64,000 nucleotides of DNA from Sumerlaeia bacterium (GCA_040219255.1 JAVJSW010000068.1:32001-96000), one strand, 5' to 3'. Positions 8,657 to 18,935 are shown, counted from the stretch's first letter. The notes: generated by a model from the letters alone, not told the origin. A program made the numbers and translations.

Positions 8657-9812
8657 ATGGCTGGAGCCACGCACACCCTGTCCGATACGATTTCCACGCT
8701 CGAGGCCATCGCCGCGGCCTGCGAGCAGAACCGGAGGTGTCTTTGACTTTGCTGGCAAACACCAGCAAATCGAAGCCCTGGAAGTCGAAACGCAGCATCC
8801 CGAATTCTGGAACGACAACGACCGCGCCCAGGAAACGATGCGCAAGATCAATGAATTGAAGGCTGTCGTTGAGCCATGGGAAGCGCTGGAAAGCGAAGCC
8901 CGCGAGAATCTGGAAATGGCGCATTTGCTCAAAGAAGAAAGCGCCGACGACACGGGAGACGACGCGGTGTCGCTGGCCGAGCTGACCAACGAGTTGGAGA
9001 AGCGCCACGAAAAGCTGGAAATCGAGGCCATGCTCTCCGACGAGGAAGACCGGCTGAATTGCTACCTGCAGATCCAGGCCGGCGCCGGCGGCACGGAAGC
9101 CCAGGACTGGGCGCAAATCCTGATGCGCATGTACATGCGATGGGCCGAACGCAAAGGCTTCAAGGTCGAAGTGGTGGATGTGTCCGAGGGCACGGAAGCG
9201 GGCATCCAGAGCGCTGAACTGCACATCGAAGGCTACAACGCCTACGGACTTCTGAAGGCGGAGAACGGCACCCACCGCCTCGTCCGCATCAGCCCCTACA
9301 ACGCCCAGGGCAAGCGCCAGACCTCCTTCGCCGCCGTCTTCGCCAGCCCCGAGGTGGACGATCAGATCGAAATCGACATCGGCGTGAAGGACAAGGACTG
9401 GCGCATCGACACCTTCCGCGCCAGCGGCAAGGGCGGCCAGAAGGTCAACAAGACCTCCTCGGCGGTGCGCGTCGTGCACTTTCCCACGAACACGATCGTC
9501 AGTTGCCAGAACGAGCGCTCGTTTCACCAGAACCGCGACCTGGCCTTTCAGATTCTGCGTTCGCGCCTGTACCAACTCGAGTTGGACAAACGCAACGCGG
9601 TGCGCCAGGCGAAGGAAGCGGAGAAGAGCGACATCAATTTCGGCAGCGCCATCCGCAGCTACATCCTGCAGCCCTACACGCTGGTTCGCGACGAACGGAG
9701 CGCTATCAAAGTCACCGACGCCCACGCCGTTCTCGACGGCGATCTGGACGAATTGATCGAGGGCTACCTGAAGATGAAGCAGACGAACCAGACCGGTATC
9801 GGAGCGGGTTAG
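8657..9812 (+). CDS. prfB: Peptide chain release factor 2, translated via a +1 programmed frameshift at CTT TGA C (8741-8747)
   Basis: 29-codon first ORF ends ggaggtgt-CTT-TGA-C. The +1 frame carries GAGGTEAQDW, HRLVRISPY, GGQ and IRSYILQPY. Confidence 0.95.
8733..8747 (+). other. prfB frameshift cassette (internal SD, slippery CTT and UGA)
   Basis: GGAGGTGT CTT TGA C. Confidence 0.9.
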
Positions 9813-10810
9813 GACGGCGCCTTTTCGAAGTCGCCGGACCGCAGGGAAATGGCCGGCAGTTCCTCCTCCTTGCGGCTCGCCCGCTCGTCCAGCCACTCTT
9901 CCAGTTTGGGCGACAGCATCTGGAAGAGCTCTCGCATGGCGGGGGTTACGATCTTGTCCTCGCGCATCAGGATGCCGACCTCGGTACTGCCCACCGAGTC
10001 CGCCAGGTTCAGGATTTCCAGTTCCCGGCGATTGTTCACCAGGGCCGTTTCCGGAACGATGCCGACGCCCATGCCGGCTTCCACATAGCAGCAAATGATT
10101 TCCGAATTCGTCGTGATCATCCGCACGTTGTCGTGATGGGCGATCTTGCGCCGGTGGAACGCCGCGTCCACCCGGGCGCGGTCGTCGCGCCGGCTCATGT
10201 CGTGGATCAGCATGATCAGCGGGTGCCCGGACAAATCCTCCAGCGTCACCTTCTCTTTCGCCCCCAGCGGATGGCCCTTCGGCGCGATGCCGATCAGTTT
10301 GGAACGCTTCCAGACAGTGTACTCCAGGCCCGATCCTTCCGGCGGATGGGTGCCGATGCCGAAATCGATCTCGCCCCTCCGCACCATGGCTTCCACTTCC
10401 TCGGGGTTGGCGGCTCGCATTTCGATCTGCATGTCTGGATAGCGATCGGCGAATTCCTTGAGGGGCTCGACGATGCGGTGCAGGATCACCAGTTCGGTGG
10501 CGGCGAAGGCCAGCCGCGATTGTCCCAGCGAGTGGAACATCGTGCGCCACTGGCGGATGCGCTGATGGAATTCGATGGCTTCTTTCAGGAATAGATTGCC
10601 CTCGCGGGTCAGCGTCACGTGAACGGCTCCGGGCGAGCGGTTGTACAGCGTCACTCCAAGTTCTTTTTCGAGGGACTTGATCCGGTACTGGAGCGTTTCC
10701 GGCGTCACATAGTCGTCCTCGTCCGAGTCGAAGTAGAGCATTTCCGCAGCCCGGGCGAAGTTTCCGTGACGGCTCAAATAGATGATGGCTTCCAACTGTT
10801 TGTGGTTCAT
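9809..10810 (-). CDS. LysR-family transcriptional regulator (CysB/Cbl-like)
   Basis: GNFARAAEMLY...IKSLEKELGVTLY...LTREG; substrate domain VEAGMGVGIVPE. Confidence 0.85.
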   Translation of the reverse strand: MNHKQLEAIIYLSRHGNFARAAEMLYFDSDEDDYVTPETLQYRIKSLEKELGVTLYNRSPGAVHVTLTREGNLFLKEAIEFHQRIRQWRTMFHSLGQSRLAFAATELVILHRIVEPLKEFADRYPDMQIEMRAANPEEVEAMVRRGEIDFGIGTHPPEGSGLEYTVWKRSKLIGIAPKGHPLGAKEKVTLEDLSGHPLIMLIHDMSRRDDRARVDAAFHRRKIAHHDNVRMITTNSEIICCYVEAGMGVGIVPETALVNNRRELEILNLADSVGSTEVGILMREDKIVTPAMRELFQMLSPKLEEWLDERASRKEEELPAISLRSGDFEKAPS

Positions 10811-11011
10811 GGCACAGCTCGGTGAGGAAAGTTTCTTGGAGGATAACTGGGCTTTTCCACAGGCGCTCGCAATCGTTCCAGGAAAAAACACCTCCTCTTA
10901 AGCGATTTTTGAGGCCCGCACAATCGATAGGTTGTCTTTTGGCCTCCCGCTCCATACAAATCCCATCCTAACAGCCCCTCGAATGGGACTCCTCAAGCGA
11001 AGGACGGCCGA

Positions 11012-12568
11012 GTGACCACCGAAAGCGCCGAACAGCCCCGCCGCGCCGCCACTCTCGCCGAGGCGTTTTTGCCCCTCGCCGCCGTGGCGATTCTCTTGCC
11101 TGTGGGTTACGGCGTCCTCGGCCTCAACGTCGAAGTGCTTCTCATCGCCGCCGCCGTCATCGCCGGATTGGTCGGTCTTCGGCTCGGTTATACCTATCGC
11201 GAGATGCAGGACGGTATCAACGAAACGCTGCACAAGAGCATGACCGCCCTTCTGATCGTCATCGTGGTCGGGGCGCTGATCGCCGCATGGATCGCCTGTG
11301 GCACGATCCCGATGCTGATTTACTACGGCCTCAAGATCATCGCGCCCCAGTTCCTCCTGGTGACCGCCTGCATCGTTTGCAGCCTGGTTTCGCTGATGAC
11401 CGGTACCTCCTGGGGAACGGTCGGCACGGTGGGACTGGCGCTGATGGGAATCGCCCATGGCATGGGTTATCCCCTCGCCCCCGCCGCAGGAGCCATCATC
11501 GCCGGGGCCTATTTCGGCGATAAGCTCTCCCTCTTCTCCGACACCACGAACCTCGCCCCCGCGGCGGCCAAGACCAACATCTACGATCACGTCGGGCACA
11601 TGATCTGGACCACGGCGCCAGCCTATGTGGTGGGGCTTGTGATCTACCTGTTCCTGGGCCTGGGCCATGCCGGCAACGGCGCCAGCGACCAGGTCCGAGA
11701 ACTCTCCGAAGGCCTCGCCGCCACCTTCCGCATCACTGGCCTGTGGGCCATTCCGCTCGCCATTCCGCCGGTGATTACGCTGGGCGCGGCAGTCATGAAA
11801 AAGCCGGTTATTCCTTCAATGTTGTTGTCCTGCGTGGTGGCGTGGGTTCTGGCTGTCGCGATTCAGGGCGACGCGCCCATCGCCCGTCCCTACGTCACCG
11901 CCGACCGCGTGGAATTCGCCAACGCCCAGACCTACGGCGCGCTCTTTGGCGAAGGGGAAATCGCCGCCGTGCGAGACAAGCTGCAACTCGACAGTTGGAC
12001 GCTCTTCCACCCGCTGTGGGCCATGGTGAAGGGGTACGAAATCAAGACCGGTACCGCGTCGGTGGATGCGCTCCTCTCTCGCGGCGGCATGATTTCCATG
12101 ATGGACACCTTTCTGCTGGCCCTGACGGCGTTCGCTTTCGCCGGGATTCTCAGCGTCACCGGCATGCTCAAGACCATCCTCGACGCGCTCCTCAAGCTCG
12201 CTTCGACCACTGGCCGGCTGGTTCTCTCCACGGCTTTGTCCTGCATGACCATCGCGCTCTGCACGGGCAGCAGCTATCTCTCGATTCTGCTGCCCGGCGA
12301 ACTCTTCGCCCCCGCCTACCGCGAGCGCGGTCTGGCCGCCAAGAACCTGTCCCGAACCACGGAAGACTGCGGCACCGTGATCGTGCCCCTCATTCCCTGG
12401 AGCGTCGCCGGTGCCTACATGTCCGGTATCCTCGGCGTCCCCGTCCTCTCCTACGCGCCCTTCGCCTTCATGTGCTACCTCGGTGCCGTGTTCGCCGTTC
12501 TTTACGGCTTCACCGGCTTCAAAATCGCCCCCCGCGTCAAAGACGATGAAACCCAGACTGGAAGCTGA
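11012..12568 (+). CDS. nhaC: NhaC family antiporter/amino-acid transporter
   Basis: GTSWGTVGTVG, GAYFGDKLSLFSDTTNLA, LSRGG, NLSRTTEDCGT, LIPW. Confidence 0.85.
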   Translation: MTTESAEQPRRAATLAEAFLPLAAVAILLPVGYGVLGLNVEVLLIAAAVIAGLVGLRLGYTYREMQDGINETLHKSMTALLIVIVVGALIAAWIACGTIPMLIYYGLKIIAPQFLLVTACIVCSLVSLMTGTSWGTVGTVGLALMGIAHGMGYPLAPAAGAIIAGAYFGDKLSLFSDTTNLAPAAAKTNIYDHVGHMIWTTAPAYVVGLVIYLFLGLGHAGNGASDQVRELSEGLAATFRITGLWAIPLAIPPVITLGAAVMKKPVIPSMLLSCVVAWVLAVAIQGDAPIARPYVTADRVEFANAQTYGALFGEGEIAAVRDKLQLDSWTLFHPLWAMVKGYEIKTGTASVDALLSRGGMISMMDTFLLALTAFAFAGILSVTGMLKTILDALLKLASTTGRLVLSTALSCMTIALCTGSSYLSILLPGELFAPAYRERGLAAKNLSRTTEDCGTVIVPLIPWSVAGAYMSGILGVPVLSYAPFAFMCYLGAVFAVLYGFTGFKIAPRVKDDETQTGS

Positions 12569-12575
12569 TCGATCG

Positions 12576-13742
12576 ATGCAGACCACCCAATTATTGTCCA
12601 CCTGCCAGGCCCTGCTGGAAACGCCCACCGCTCCGTTTCAGGAACGGTGGCTGGCGAACACGTTGCGCGGCCTCTTGAACGGCGTCGCGGGGCTTTCGAT
12701 CCAGCAGGACCGCTGGGGCAATATCGCCGCTCGACTCGATCCGCCCAGCCAATCGCCCGCCGCCGCGGCCGAACCCCTCGTCCTCGTCGCCCACATGGAC
12801 CACCCGGGCTTCGTGCTCGACGGCCCCAAGCGCGCCAGCCGCCTGCTGAGCGGCACCTTCGAGGGCCGCGTCTTCGACGAGTACTTCGAAGGCTCACCTG
12901 CCGTGCGCATCTATCGCACCGCCAACGATCCCGGCGTCCCCGGCCGGGTGCGCGAATACAGCGAACGGGGCGGCGCCGACGACAACCGCTCCGTCGTCAT
13001 CGAAGCCGAGGAACCCGTCAGCGAAGCCGTCCTGGCCATGTGGGACGTGGAGCCCTACGCCCTGCGCGATGGCCTGATCCGCGGCCGGGCCTGCGACGAT
13101 CTGTGCGGCGTGGCGGCGATCGTGGAAGCCCTGCGCCAACTCGCAACTAACCCTGGCGCCCTGGCGTGCCCGGTGATCGGGCTCTTCACGCGGGCCGAGG
13201 AAACGGGCTTCTGCGGCGCGCTGCTGCTCGCCAGCAGCCCCGAACGCGAGGCCATGCTGCCCCTCGACTCCGCCGTCATCTCCGTCGAAATCAGCAGCCT
13301 GCGCCCCGGCATGAGCCTCGGCGAAGGCGCCATCTTGCGCGTCGGCGACAAAGCCGGCTCCTTCGACTCGGAACTCCTGGGCCGCCTCTGGGGCAGCCTG
13401 CTCGGCGACGATGGCATGACGCCCCGCCTGCCGGTGCACCGGGCGCTGATGGACGGCGGCACCTGCGAAGCCACCGCGTTTATCGCCCAAGGTTATCGCT
13501 CCGCCGGGGTCTGCGCCCCCGTCGTCAACTACCACAACATGATCGCCGAGCGCCCCGGTCATGTCGCGGCCGAGGTCGTCTCCGCCAGCGACCTGCAAGC
13601 CCTGAGCGACATGATGGTCGTCTTTGGCCGTCATCTGGCTCCGACCACGGTGCATCGCGAGCAGTTGCGCGGGCGAATGGAGATCCTCGCCGACCGGGGC
13701 AGGCGCCGCCTCAACCCCGGTGGCGACGCCTCCTCCGCCTAG
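12576..13742 (+). CDS. M20/M28/M42-clan metallopeptidase
   Basis: Metal-ligand motifs AHMDH, RACDDLCG, RAEETG and YHN. Confidence 0.8.
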   Translation: MQTTQLLSTCQALLETPTAPFQERWLANTLRGLLNGVAGLSIQQDRWGNIAARLDPPSQSPAAAAEPLVLVAHMDHPGFVLDGPKRASRLLSGTFEGRVFDEYFEGSPAVRIYRTANDPGVPGRVREYSERGGADDNRSVVIEAEEPVSEAVLAMWDVEPYALRDGLIRGRACDDLCGVAAIVEALRQLATNPGALACPVIGLFTRAEETGFCGALLLASSPEREAMLPLDSAVISVEISSLRPGMSLGEGAILRVGDKAGSFDSELLGRLWGSLLGDDGMTPRLPVHRALMDGGTCEATAFIAQGYRSAGVCAPVVNYHNMIAERPGHVAAEVVSASDLQALSDMMVVFGRHLAPTTVHREQLRGRMEILADRGRRRLNPGGDASSA

Positions 13743-13830
13743 GCCCATTTTGTCGACAAGTTTTCAACGCGCTGCCGAGAAGGAGTGCTTGAGAAAAAAG
13801 AAAACCCAAACCCCACGGAGGAACCCTCCC

Positions 13831-14979
13831 ATGAACAAGACCCTTTTCACCCTCGCCCTGGCCACCGGCCTTGGCGCAACCGCCGCCATGGCGCAAACCG
13901 TCACCGAACTGACCACCGAAGCCGAAATCAACGTCGTCCTCGGCGGCTCCGATGATTTCCGCCCCAGCGGCTCGGCCGTCAGCGCCGTTGGCGAAGTGTT
14001 CTTCATCAACCGCGGACCCGCCAACGAAGTCCTGATGCGCTACACGCCCGGGTCAGACACCCTGGAAGTCATCGCCGACGCCGACGCCATGTTCGCCGCC
14101 ATCGACGCCGTGAACACGGACAACGGCGCCACCGCCTTCAACCCCCGCCAGCTCGAAATCGCCGCCGACGGCGACCTCATCGTCCTCGGCTTCGCCTCCG
14201 GCGCCACCGCCGACGCCGTGGTCTCGGTCTCCAACTCGACCAGCCCAACCATCACCGTAGTTTACGCCCCCGTGGGCGCGGCCACCGATTCCGTGCTCGA
14301 CGGCAGCAACGGCCTCACCGTGCTCGGCAACACCGCTTATGTGACGGTGGATCAGGCGAACGGTTCGGAAAACGCCGTCTTCTCCATCGACACCAACACA
14401 GCCCTCGCCACGCCGAACAAGATCGTCGCCGGCACCGACATGGCCACGCTCTTCCCCGCTATCACCGACACCGCCGGCAATCTGGCCATCAACGACCTGA
14501 CCACCGACGGCACCGATCTGCTGGGCATCGTCAGCAACACCGCCGACGCCCCCGACGCGATCGTCCGCATCACCACCGCGGGCGTGATTTCCGAGGAAGT
14601 TCCGGCCAGTGAAGTCATCGCCGACCTCGCCGCCATCGACGCGTCCGTAACCGACGTGGGCTACGGCGCGATCACCCTCGATGGCACGGGCCGCGTGGTT
14701 CTGGCCAATGGGTTCGGCGATGGTTCCTTCGACGAAGGCTTCCTGTTCGTGGACATCTCTGGCGCCACCTCCTCCACCACCGGCCTCACCGGCGATGAAC
14801 TCGCCGCGTTGATCGGGCTGACGTCGCCGGACTTGCCGCTCGTGCGCTCGGACACCATCTCCTACGACAACACCAACATGCGGCTTATCTTCGGCCATGA
14901 CGCCACCGGCTTCGAAGGCATGTACGCCCTCGAAAGCGTCAACACCGCCGACGTCGAAGGCTGGGACCTCTACAACTAA
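13831..14979 (+). CDS. Secreted acidic beta-rich (propeller-like) protein with a C-terminal DVEGWDLYN tail
   Basis: Signal peptide MNKTLFTLALATGLGATAAMA and an upstream SD ggagg. Confidence 0.75.
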   Translation: MNKTLFTLALATGLGATAAMAQTVTELTTEAEINVVLGGSDDFRPSGSAVSAVGEVFFINRGPANEVLMRYTPGSDTLEVIADADAMFAAIDAVNTDNGATAFNPRQLEIAADGDLIVLGFASGATADAVVSVSNSTSPTITVVYAPVGAATDSVLDGSNGLTVLGNTAYVTVDQANGSENAVFSIDTNTALATPNKIVAGTDMATLFPAITDTAGNLAINDLTTDGTDLLGIVSNTADAPDAIVRITTAGVISEEVPASEVIADLAAIDASVTDVGYGAITLDGTGRVVLANGFGDGSFDEGFLFVDISGATSSTTGLTGDELAALIGLTSPDLPLVRSDTISYDNTNMRLIFGHDATGFEGMYALESVNTADVEGWDLYN

Positions 14980-15020
14980 GACATTCCCCCACCACATCTT
15001 TCCGCAACGGAAAGGGGACA

Positions 15021-15067
15021 AAGGGTCCGGGGCAGACCGTTCGCGGTTTGTCCCGGCTCTTTATTTT
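15021..15067 (+). terminator. Rho-independent terminator
   Basis: ccggggcagaccg-ttcg-cggtttgtcccgg followed by ctctttatttt. Confidence 0.7.
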
Positions 15068-15154
15068 GAAAGCGAATTGTCAGCCTTGCGGACGACGGAG
15101 CTGGCGTGTTTTTTGTCAATGACAATTCCTCGCCGCGAGGTGCCCAACGCTCCC

Positions 15155-16210
15155 ATGCTCCGACGCTCCCTTCTTCTCCTTCTCCTGCTGGCCGCCAGCG
15201 CCTTCTCACCCGCCCTGGCCAAGCGCACCAGCGACACCCTGACCTGGACCGATGCCCGCGAACTGACCCTGGAAGGCATGGGCTGGGACGATCCCGACAC
15301 GCCCTTTTCCCGCCTCCCCACCCGCGCCAAGGACGATGTCACCACGTCGGTCTGGTGGCTGTCGCACCACAGCGCCGGCGTCGCGGTCCGCTTCCTGAGC
15401 GACAGCCCGGAAATCTGGGCCGATTGGGACGGCGGCGGCGCCATGGTCCACATGCCCCGCACCGGCGTCAGCGGCCTCGACCTCTACCACCGCGGCGCGG
15501 ACGAGGAGTGGAAGTGGGTCGCCCTGGGCAAACCGGACACGACGCGGACGACCAAGAAACTCTCCAACGCTCCCACCACCGGCACCCTTGAGTACCTGCT
15601 CTTCCTGCCGCTCTACGAGTCCACCGACACCATGCGCATCGGCACCGTACCCGGCAGCACCATCACCCCCGCCCCGCCGCGCCAGGACCCGCCGCTCGTT
15701 TTCTACGGCACGTCGATCACCCAGGGCGGCTGCGCGTCCCGCCCCGGCATGGCGCATGTGGCGATCCTGGGGCGCTGGCTCGACCGCGAGACCATCAACC
15801 TCGGCTTCTCCGGCTCGGGCCAGATGGAAATAGCCATCGCCGAATTGCTCGGCGAAATCGACGCGTCGGTTTACGCACTCGAGGCCCTGCCCAACATGAC
15901 CGACACTCTGGTGGCCGAGCGCGTCGCGCCCTTTGTCCGCCGCCTGCGCGAGCTGCGCCCCGATACCCCGATCCTCCTCATCGAGCACTGCCTCTTTCCC
16001 ACGGACCACCCGCGCAACGTCCTTTACCGCAGCATTTACAACGATCTGCGCGCCGAGGGCATCATGGACCTGCACTACCTGGCCAACACCGGGTTCCTGG
16101 AAGGCCGCGAGGAGGCGACCGTCGATGGCATCCACCCGACGGACCTGGGCTTTTTCTGGATGGCCGAGGCGTATGAGGCGCCGCTGCGGTCGCTGCTGGC
16201 GATTCCGTGA
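15155..16210 (+). CDS. Secreted SGNH/GDSL hydrolase with GxDLY N-terminal domain
   Basis: SGLDLY, FYGTSITQGGCASRPG, NLGFSG, DGIHP; signal peptide. Confidence 0.9.
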   Translation: MLRRSLLLLLLLAASAFSPALAKRTSDTLTWTDARELTLEGMGWDDPDTPFSRLPTRAKDDVTTSVWWLSHHSAGVAVRFLSDSPEIWADWDGGGAMVHMPRTGVSGLDLYHRGADEEWKWVALGKPDTTRTTKKLSNAPTTGTLEYLLFLPLYESTDTMRIGTVPGSTITPAPPRQDPPLVFYGTSITQGGCASRPGMAHVAILGRWLDRETINLGFSGSGQMEIAIAELLGEIDASVYALEALPNMTDTLVAERVAPFVRRLRELRPDTPILLIEHCLFPTDHPRNVLYRSIYNDLRAEGIMDLHYLANTGFLEGREEATVDGIHPTDLGFFWMAEAYEAPLRSLLAIP

Positions 16211-16216
16211 GGCACC

Positions 16217-18466
16217 CTACTTTTTCTTTCCCCGCAGCGCATTCGTGAACCAGTTCCCGCCGCCTTCCTTCTTGGCCGGTTTGGGGTCTTCGCGGTGGGC
16301 GGGCGCTCCACCGCCGCGCTGAGGGGGCGCCGAGGGATTGGCCTTCATCGAAAGGGCGATCCGTTTGCGCGGGATGTCCACTTCCATCACGGTGACATGG
16401 ACTTTCTGGCGGACTTTCACCACGTCGCCGGGGTCCTTGACGAAGTGATCGGCCAGTTGGCTGACGTGGACCAAGCCGTCCTGGTGCACGCCTAAATCGA
16501 CGAAAGCCCCGAACTTCGTAACGTTCGTCACAATCCCCGGCAGCTTCATCCCGACCTTCAGGTCCTTGATGTCGTGCACGGATTCGTCGAAAGCGAAGGC
16601 CTCGAAGGCGGCGCGCGGATCGCGGCCCGGTTTGGCCAGCTCCTCCAGGATGTCCTCGAGCGTCGGTAACCCGACCTTGTCCGTCACATAGCGCTTCAAA
16701 TCGATCCCCGCCCGACGCTTCGGATCGGTCATCAGATCCGCCACGGAACACCCCGCGTCCTTGGCCATTTGCTGGACGATGGGGTAGCTCTCCGGGTGGA
16801 CGGCGGACGCATCGAGCGGGTTCTTGGCCCCGCGAACGCGCAGGAACCCGGCGCTCTGCTCGAAGGCCTTCGGCCCCAGCCGCTTGACCTTTTTCAGCTC
16901 GGCGCGGCTCGTGAAGGCTCCATTCTCGTTGCGGTATTCCACGATGTTTTTCGCCAGCGTCGGCCCCAGCCCCGACACGTAGGTCAGCAGTTCCTTGCTC
17001 GCCGTGTTGACCTCGACGCCGACGCCGTTCACGCAGCTCATCACCGTGTCGTCGAGCGACCGCCGCAGCGCCGGCTGATCGACATCGTGTTGGTATTGCC
17101 CGACCCCGATGGATTTCGGGTCGATTTTCACCAGTTCCGCCAGCGGGTCCATCAGGCGCCGGCCAATGCTGACGGCGCCGCGCACCGTGACGTCCTTCTG
17201 CGGAAACTCTTCCCGGGCCACGTCCGACGCCGAGTAAATCGACGCTCCCGCTTCGTCCACCATCATCACTGTCTGTGGCAGCCCAAGCCCCCGCACGAAC
17301 GTTTCCGTCTCGCGGCTCGCCGTGCCATTGCCGATGGCAATGGCGTCCAGCTTGTGCTTCTGGCACAGGTCGCGCAACACGCGGCCCGCCTCCTCCTGCT
17401 TCCGGCCCTCGCCCAGTGTCGGGTAGATCACCGTGTCGTCGAGCAGCTTGCCCTGCGCATCCAGCACGACAACCTTGCAGCCGGTGCGGAAACCGGGGTC
17501 GATGGCCAGAACGCGCTTCTGGCCCAGCGGCGGCGCCAGCAGCAGTTCCCGCAGATTCGACACGAACACGCGGATCGCCTCTTCATCCGCGCGTTTCTTG
17601 AGTTCCGTGCGCATTTCGTTTTCCATCGAAGGCGCCAGCAGCCGCTTGAACCCATCCTTCACCGCCAGGGAAACCTGCTCCGACGCCGGACCCCGGCCCG
17701 ACACGAACTGCCGCGCCAGCGCCTGCTCCGCCTCGGCCTCCGGCGGCGTCACGGCCAGCTTCAGCACGCCCTCGTTCTCGCCCCGGAACATCGCCAGCAA
17801 CCGGTGAGACGGCGCCTTGTCCAGCGGCTCGCTCCATTCGAAGTAATCGCGGAACTTGGCGCCTTCCTCTTCCTTGCCCTTCGCCACCGTGCTGCCCAGG
17901 GTCGCCTTCGTGCGATAGAGGCCGCGCATACGCTCGCGTGCCGTTTTGTCCTCGGCCACGCGCTCGGCGATGATGTCGCGGGCCCCGGCCAGGGCGTCCT
18001 CCACCGAGGCCACGTCCTTCTCCGCGCTCACGAACTTCACCGCGAGGGCCTCTACTTTCCCTCCGCCATCCTGCGCCAGGAGCGCGTCGGCCAGCGGTTC
18101 CAGCCCCTTCTCGCGAGCGATCGTCGCCCGCGTCCGGCGCTTCGGCCGATAGGGAAGGTAAATGTCCTCCAGCTCCGTCAGCGACCGCGCCGCCTCCACC
18201 TTGGCCCGCAACTCCGGCGTCAAGAGGTCCCGCTCCTCCAGCGAAGCCAGGATCGCCTCGCGCCGCTTGTCCAGCTCCGCCAACTGCTCCAGTCGGTCGC
18301 GAATCGCCGTGATCGCCACCTCGTCCAGAAGGCCCGTCGCTTCCTTGCGGTACCGCGCGATAAACGGCACCGTGCCGCCCTCCGCCAGCAACCCTGCCGT
18401 CGCCGCCACCTGCTCGGTGCGAATGCCGAGTTCCTTGGCGATCAGTTGGTGGTACGTGTGCGACAT
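16217..18466 (-). CDS. tex: Tex family RNA-binding transcriptional accessory protein
   Basis: TVPFIARYRKE, DPGFRTGCK, GVGQYQHDV and a C-terminal S1 domain. Confidence 0.95.
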   Translation of the reverse strand: MSHTYHQLIAKELGIRTEQVAATAGLLAEGGTVPFIARYRKEATGLLDEVAITAIRDRLEQLAELDKRREAILASLEERDLLTPELRAKVEAARSLTELEDIYLPYRPKRRTRATIAREKGLEPLADALLAQDGGGKVEALAVKFVSAEKDVASVEDALAGARDIIAERVAEDKTARERMRGLYRTKATLGSTVAKGKEEEGAKFRDYFEWSEPLDKAPSHRLLAMFRGENEGVLKLAVTPPEAEAEQALARQFVSGRGPASEQVSLAVKDGFKRLLAPSMENEMRTELKKRADEEAIRVFVSNLRELLLAPPLGQKRVLAIDPGFRTGCKVVVLDAQGKLLDDTVIYPTLGEGRKQEEAGRVLRDLCQKHKLDAIAIGNGTASRETETFVRGLGLPQTVMMVDEAGASIYSASDVAREEFPQKDVTVRGAVSIGRRLMDPLAELVKIDPKSIGVGQYQHDVDQPALRRSLDDTVMSCVNGVGVEVNTASKELLTYVSGLGPTLAKNIVEYRNENGAFTSRAELKKVKRLGPKAFEQSAGFLRVRGAKNPLDASAVHPESYPIVQQMAKDAGCSVADLMTDPKRRAGIDLKRYVTDKVGLPTLEDILEELAKPGRDPRAAFEAFAFDESVHDIKDLKVGMKLPGIVTNVTKFGAFVDLGVHQDGLVHVSQLADHFVKDPGDVVKVRQKVHVTVMEVDIPRKRIALSMKANPSAPPQRGGGAPAHREDPKPAKKEGGGNWFTNALRGKKK

Positions 18467-18603
18467 GGGCGTGGCCTCTTCCGGGAGCGTTCGATGCGGC
18501 GGCGGGGCATCGGAAACCCCCTCCGCCAAAGCCACCATTATCCGGCGCCCGGGGAGGGGGTGGTCAAATGGGATCGGGAGTGACGGGTGGGACGCCGCCC
18601 TTC

Positions 18604-18644
18604 TTTACCACAGAGGACTCAGAGGACAGAGGTTGCACAGAGAG
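18604..18644 (+). repeat. ACCACAGAGG-type short intergenic repeat (family B)
   Basis: accacagaggactcagaggacagaggttgcacagagag. Related copies at 44225-44255 (-) and 45625-45666 (+). Confidence 0.7.
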
Positions 18645-18659
18645 TAAGGGGAACAGGGG

Positions 18660-18890
18660 CTACTCCGCTACGGGTGGTCCGCTCTCGGCTGAAATCCGCC
18701 GCATTCCCTCGATCAGTTCTTCCACCGGACGATCCGCGAAGATTTCGCGGCGCTCCTCGGTCCAGTTGCCCAAACCGAGTCCGAGTTGCCGGAGAAACCG
18801 AGCCCTGCCAACGATACCCAGCTCTCGCGAGAGGAGTTCGAGGCCCGTCTGGACGATTTCGTTGGGAGACATGTCTCTTGTTTGAATCAT
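18660..18890 (-). CDS. Small hypothetical protein, antitoxin-like
   Basis: GLELLSRELGIVGRARFLRQL..GLGNWTEER resembles small proteins recalled next to PIN toxins. Alternative start at 18917. Confidence 0.6.
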   Translation of the reverse strand: MIQTRDMSPNEIVQTGLELLSRELGIVGRARFLRQLGLGLGNWTEERREIFADRPVEELIEGMRRISAESGPPVAE

Positions 18891-18935
18891 CGGTGCTATC
18901 TCCAGAGACACCTGCAAGAGTGGGGACAGGGCGCC

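Noticed and set aside
8741-8746. In-frame stop early in prfB suggesting a pseudogene
   Set aside because: It is the canonical autoregulatory +1 frameshift site.
8481-10955. 824-aa minus-strand ORF
   Set aside because: It is antisense to prfB and out of frame with the LysR gene, with no protein-like signal.
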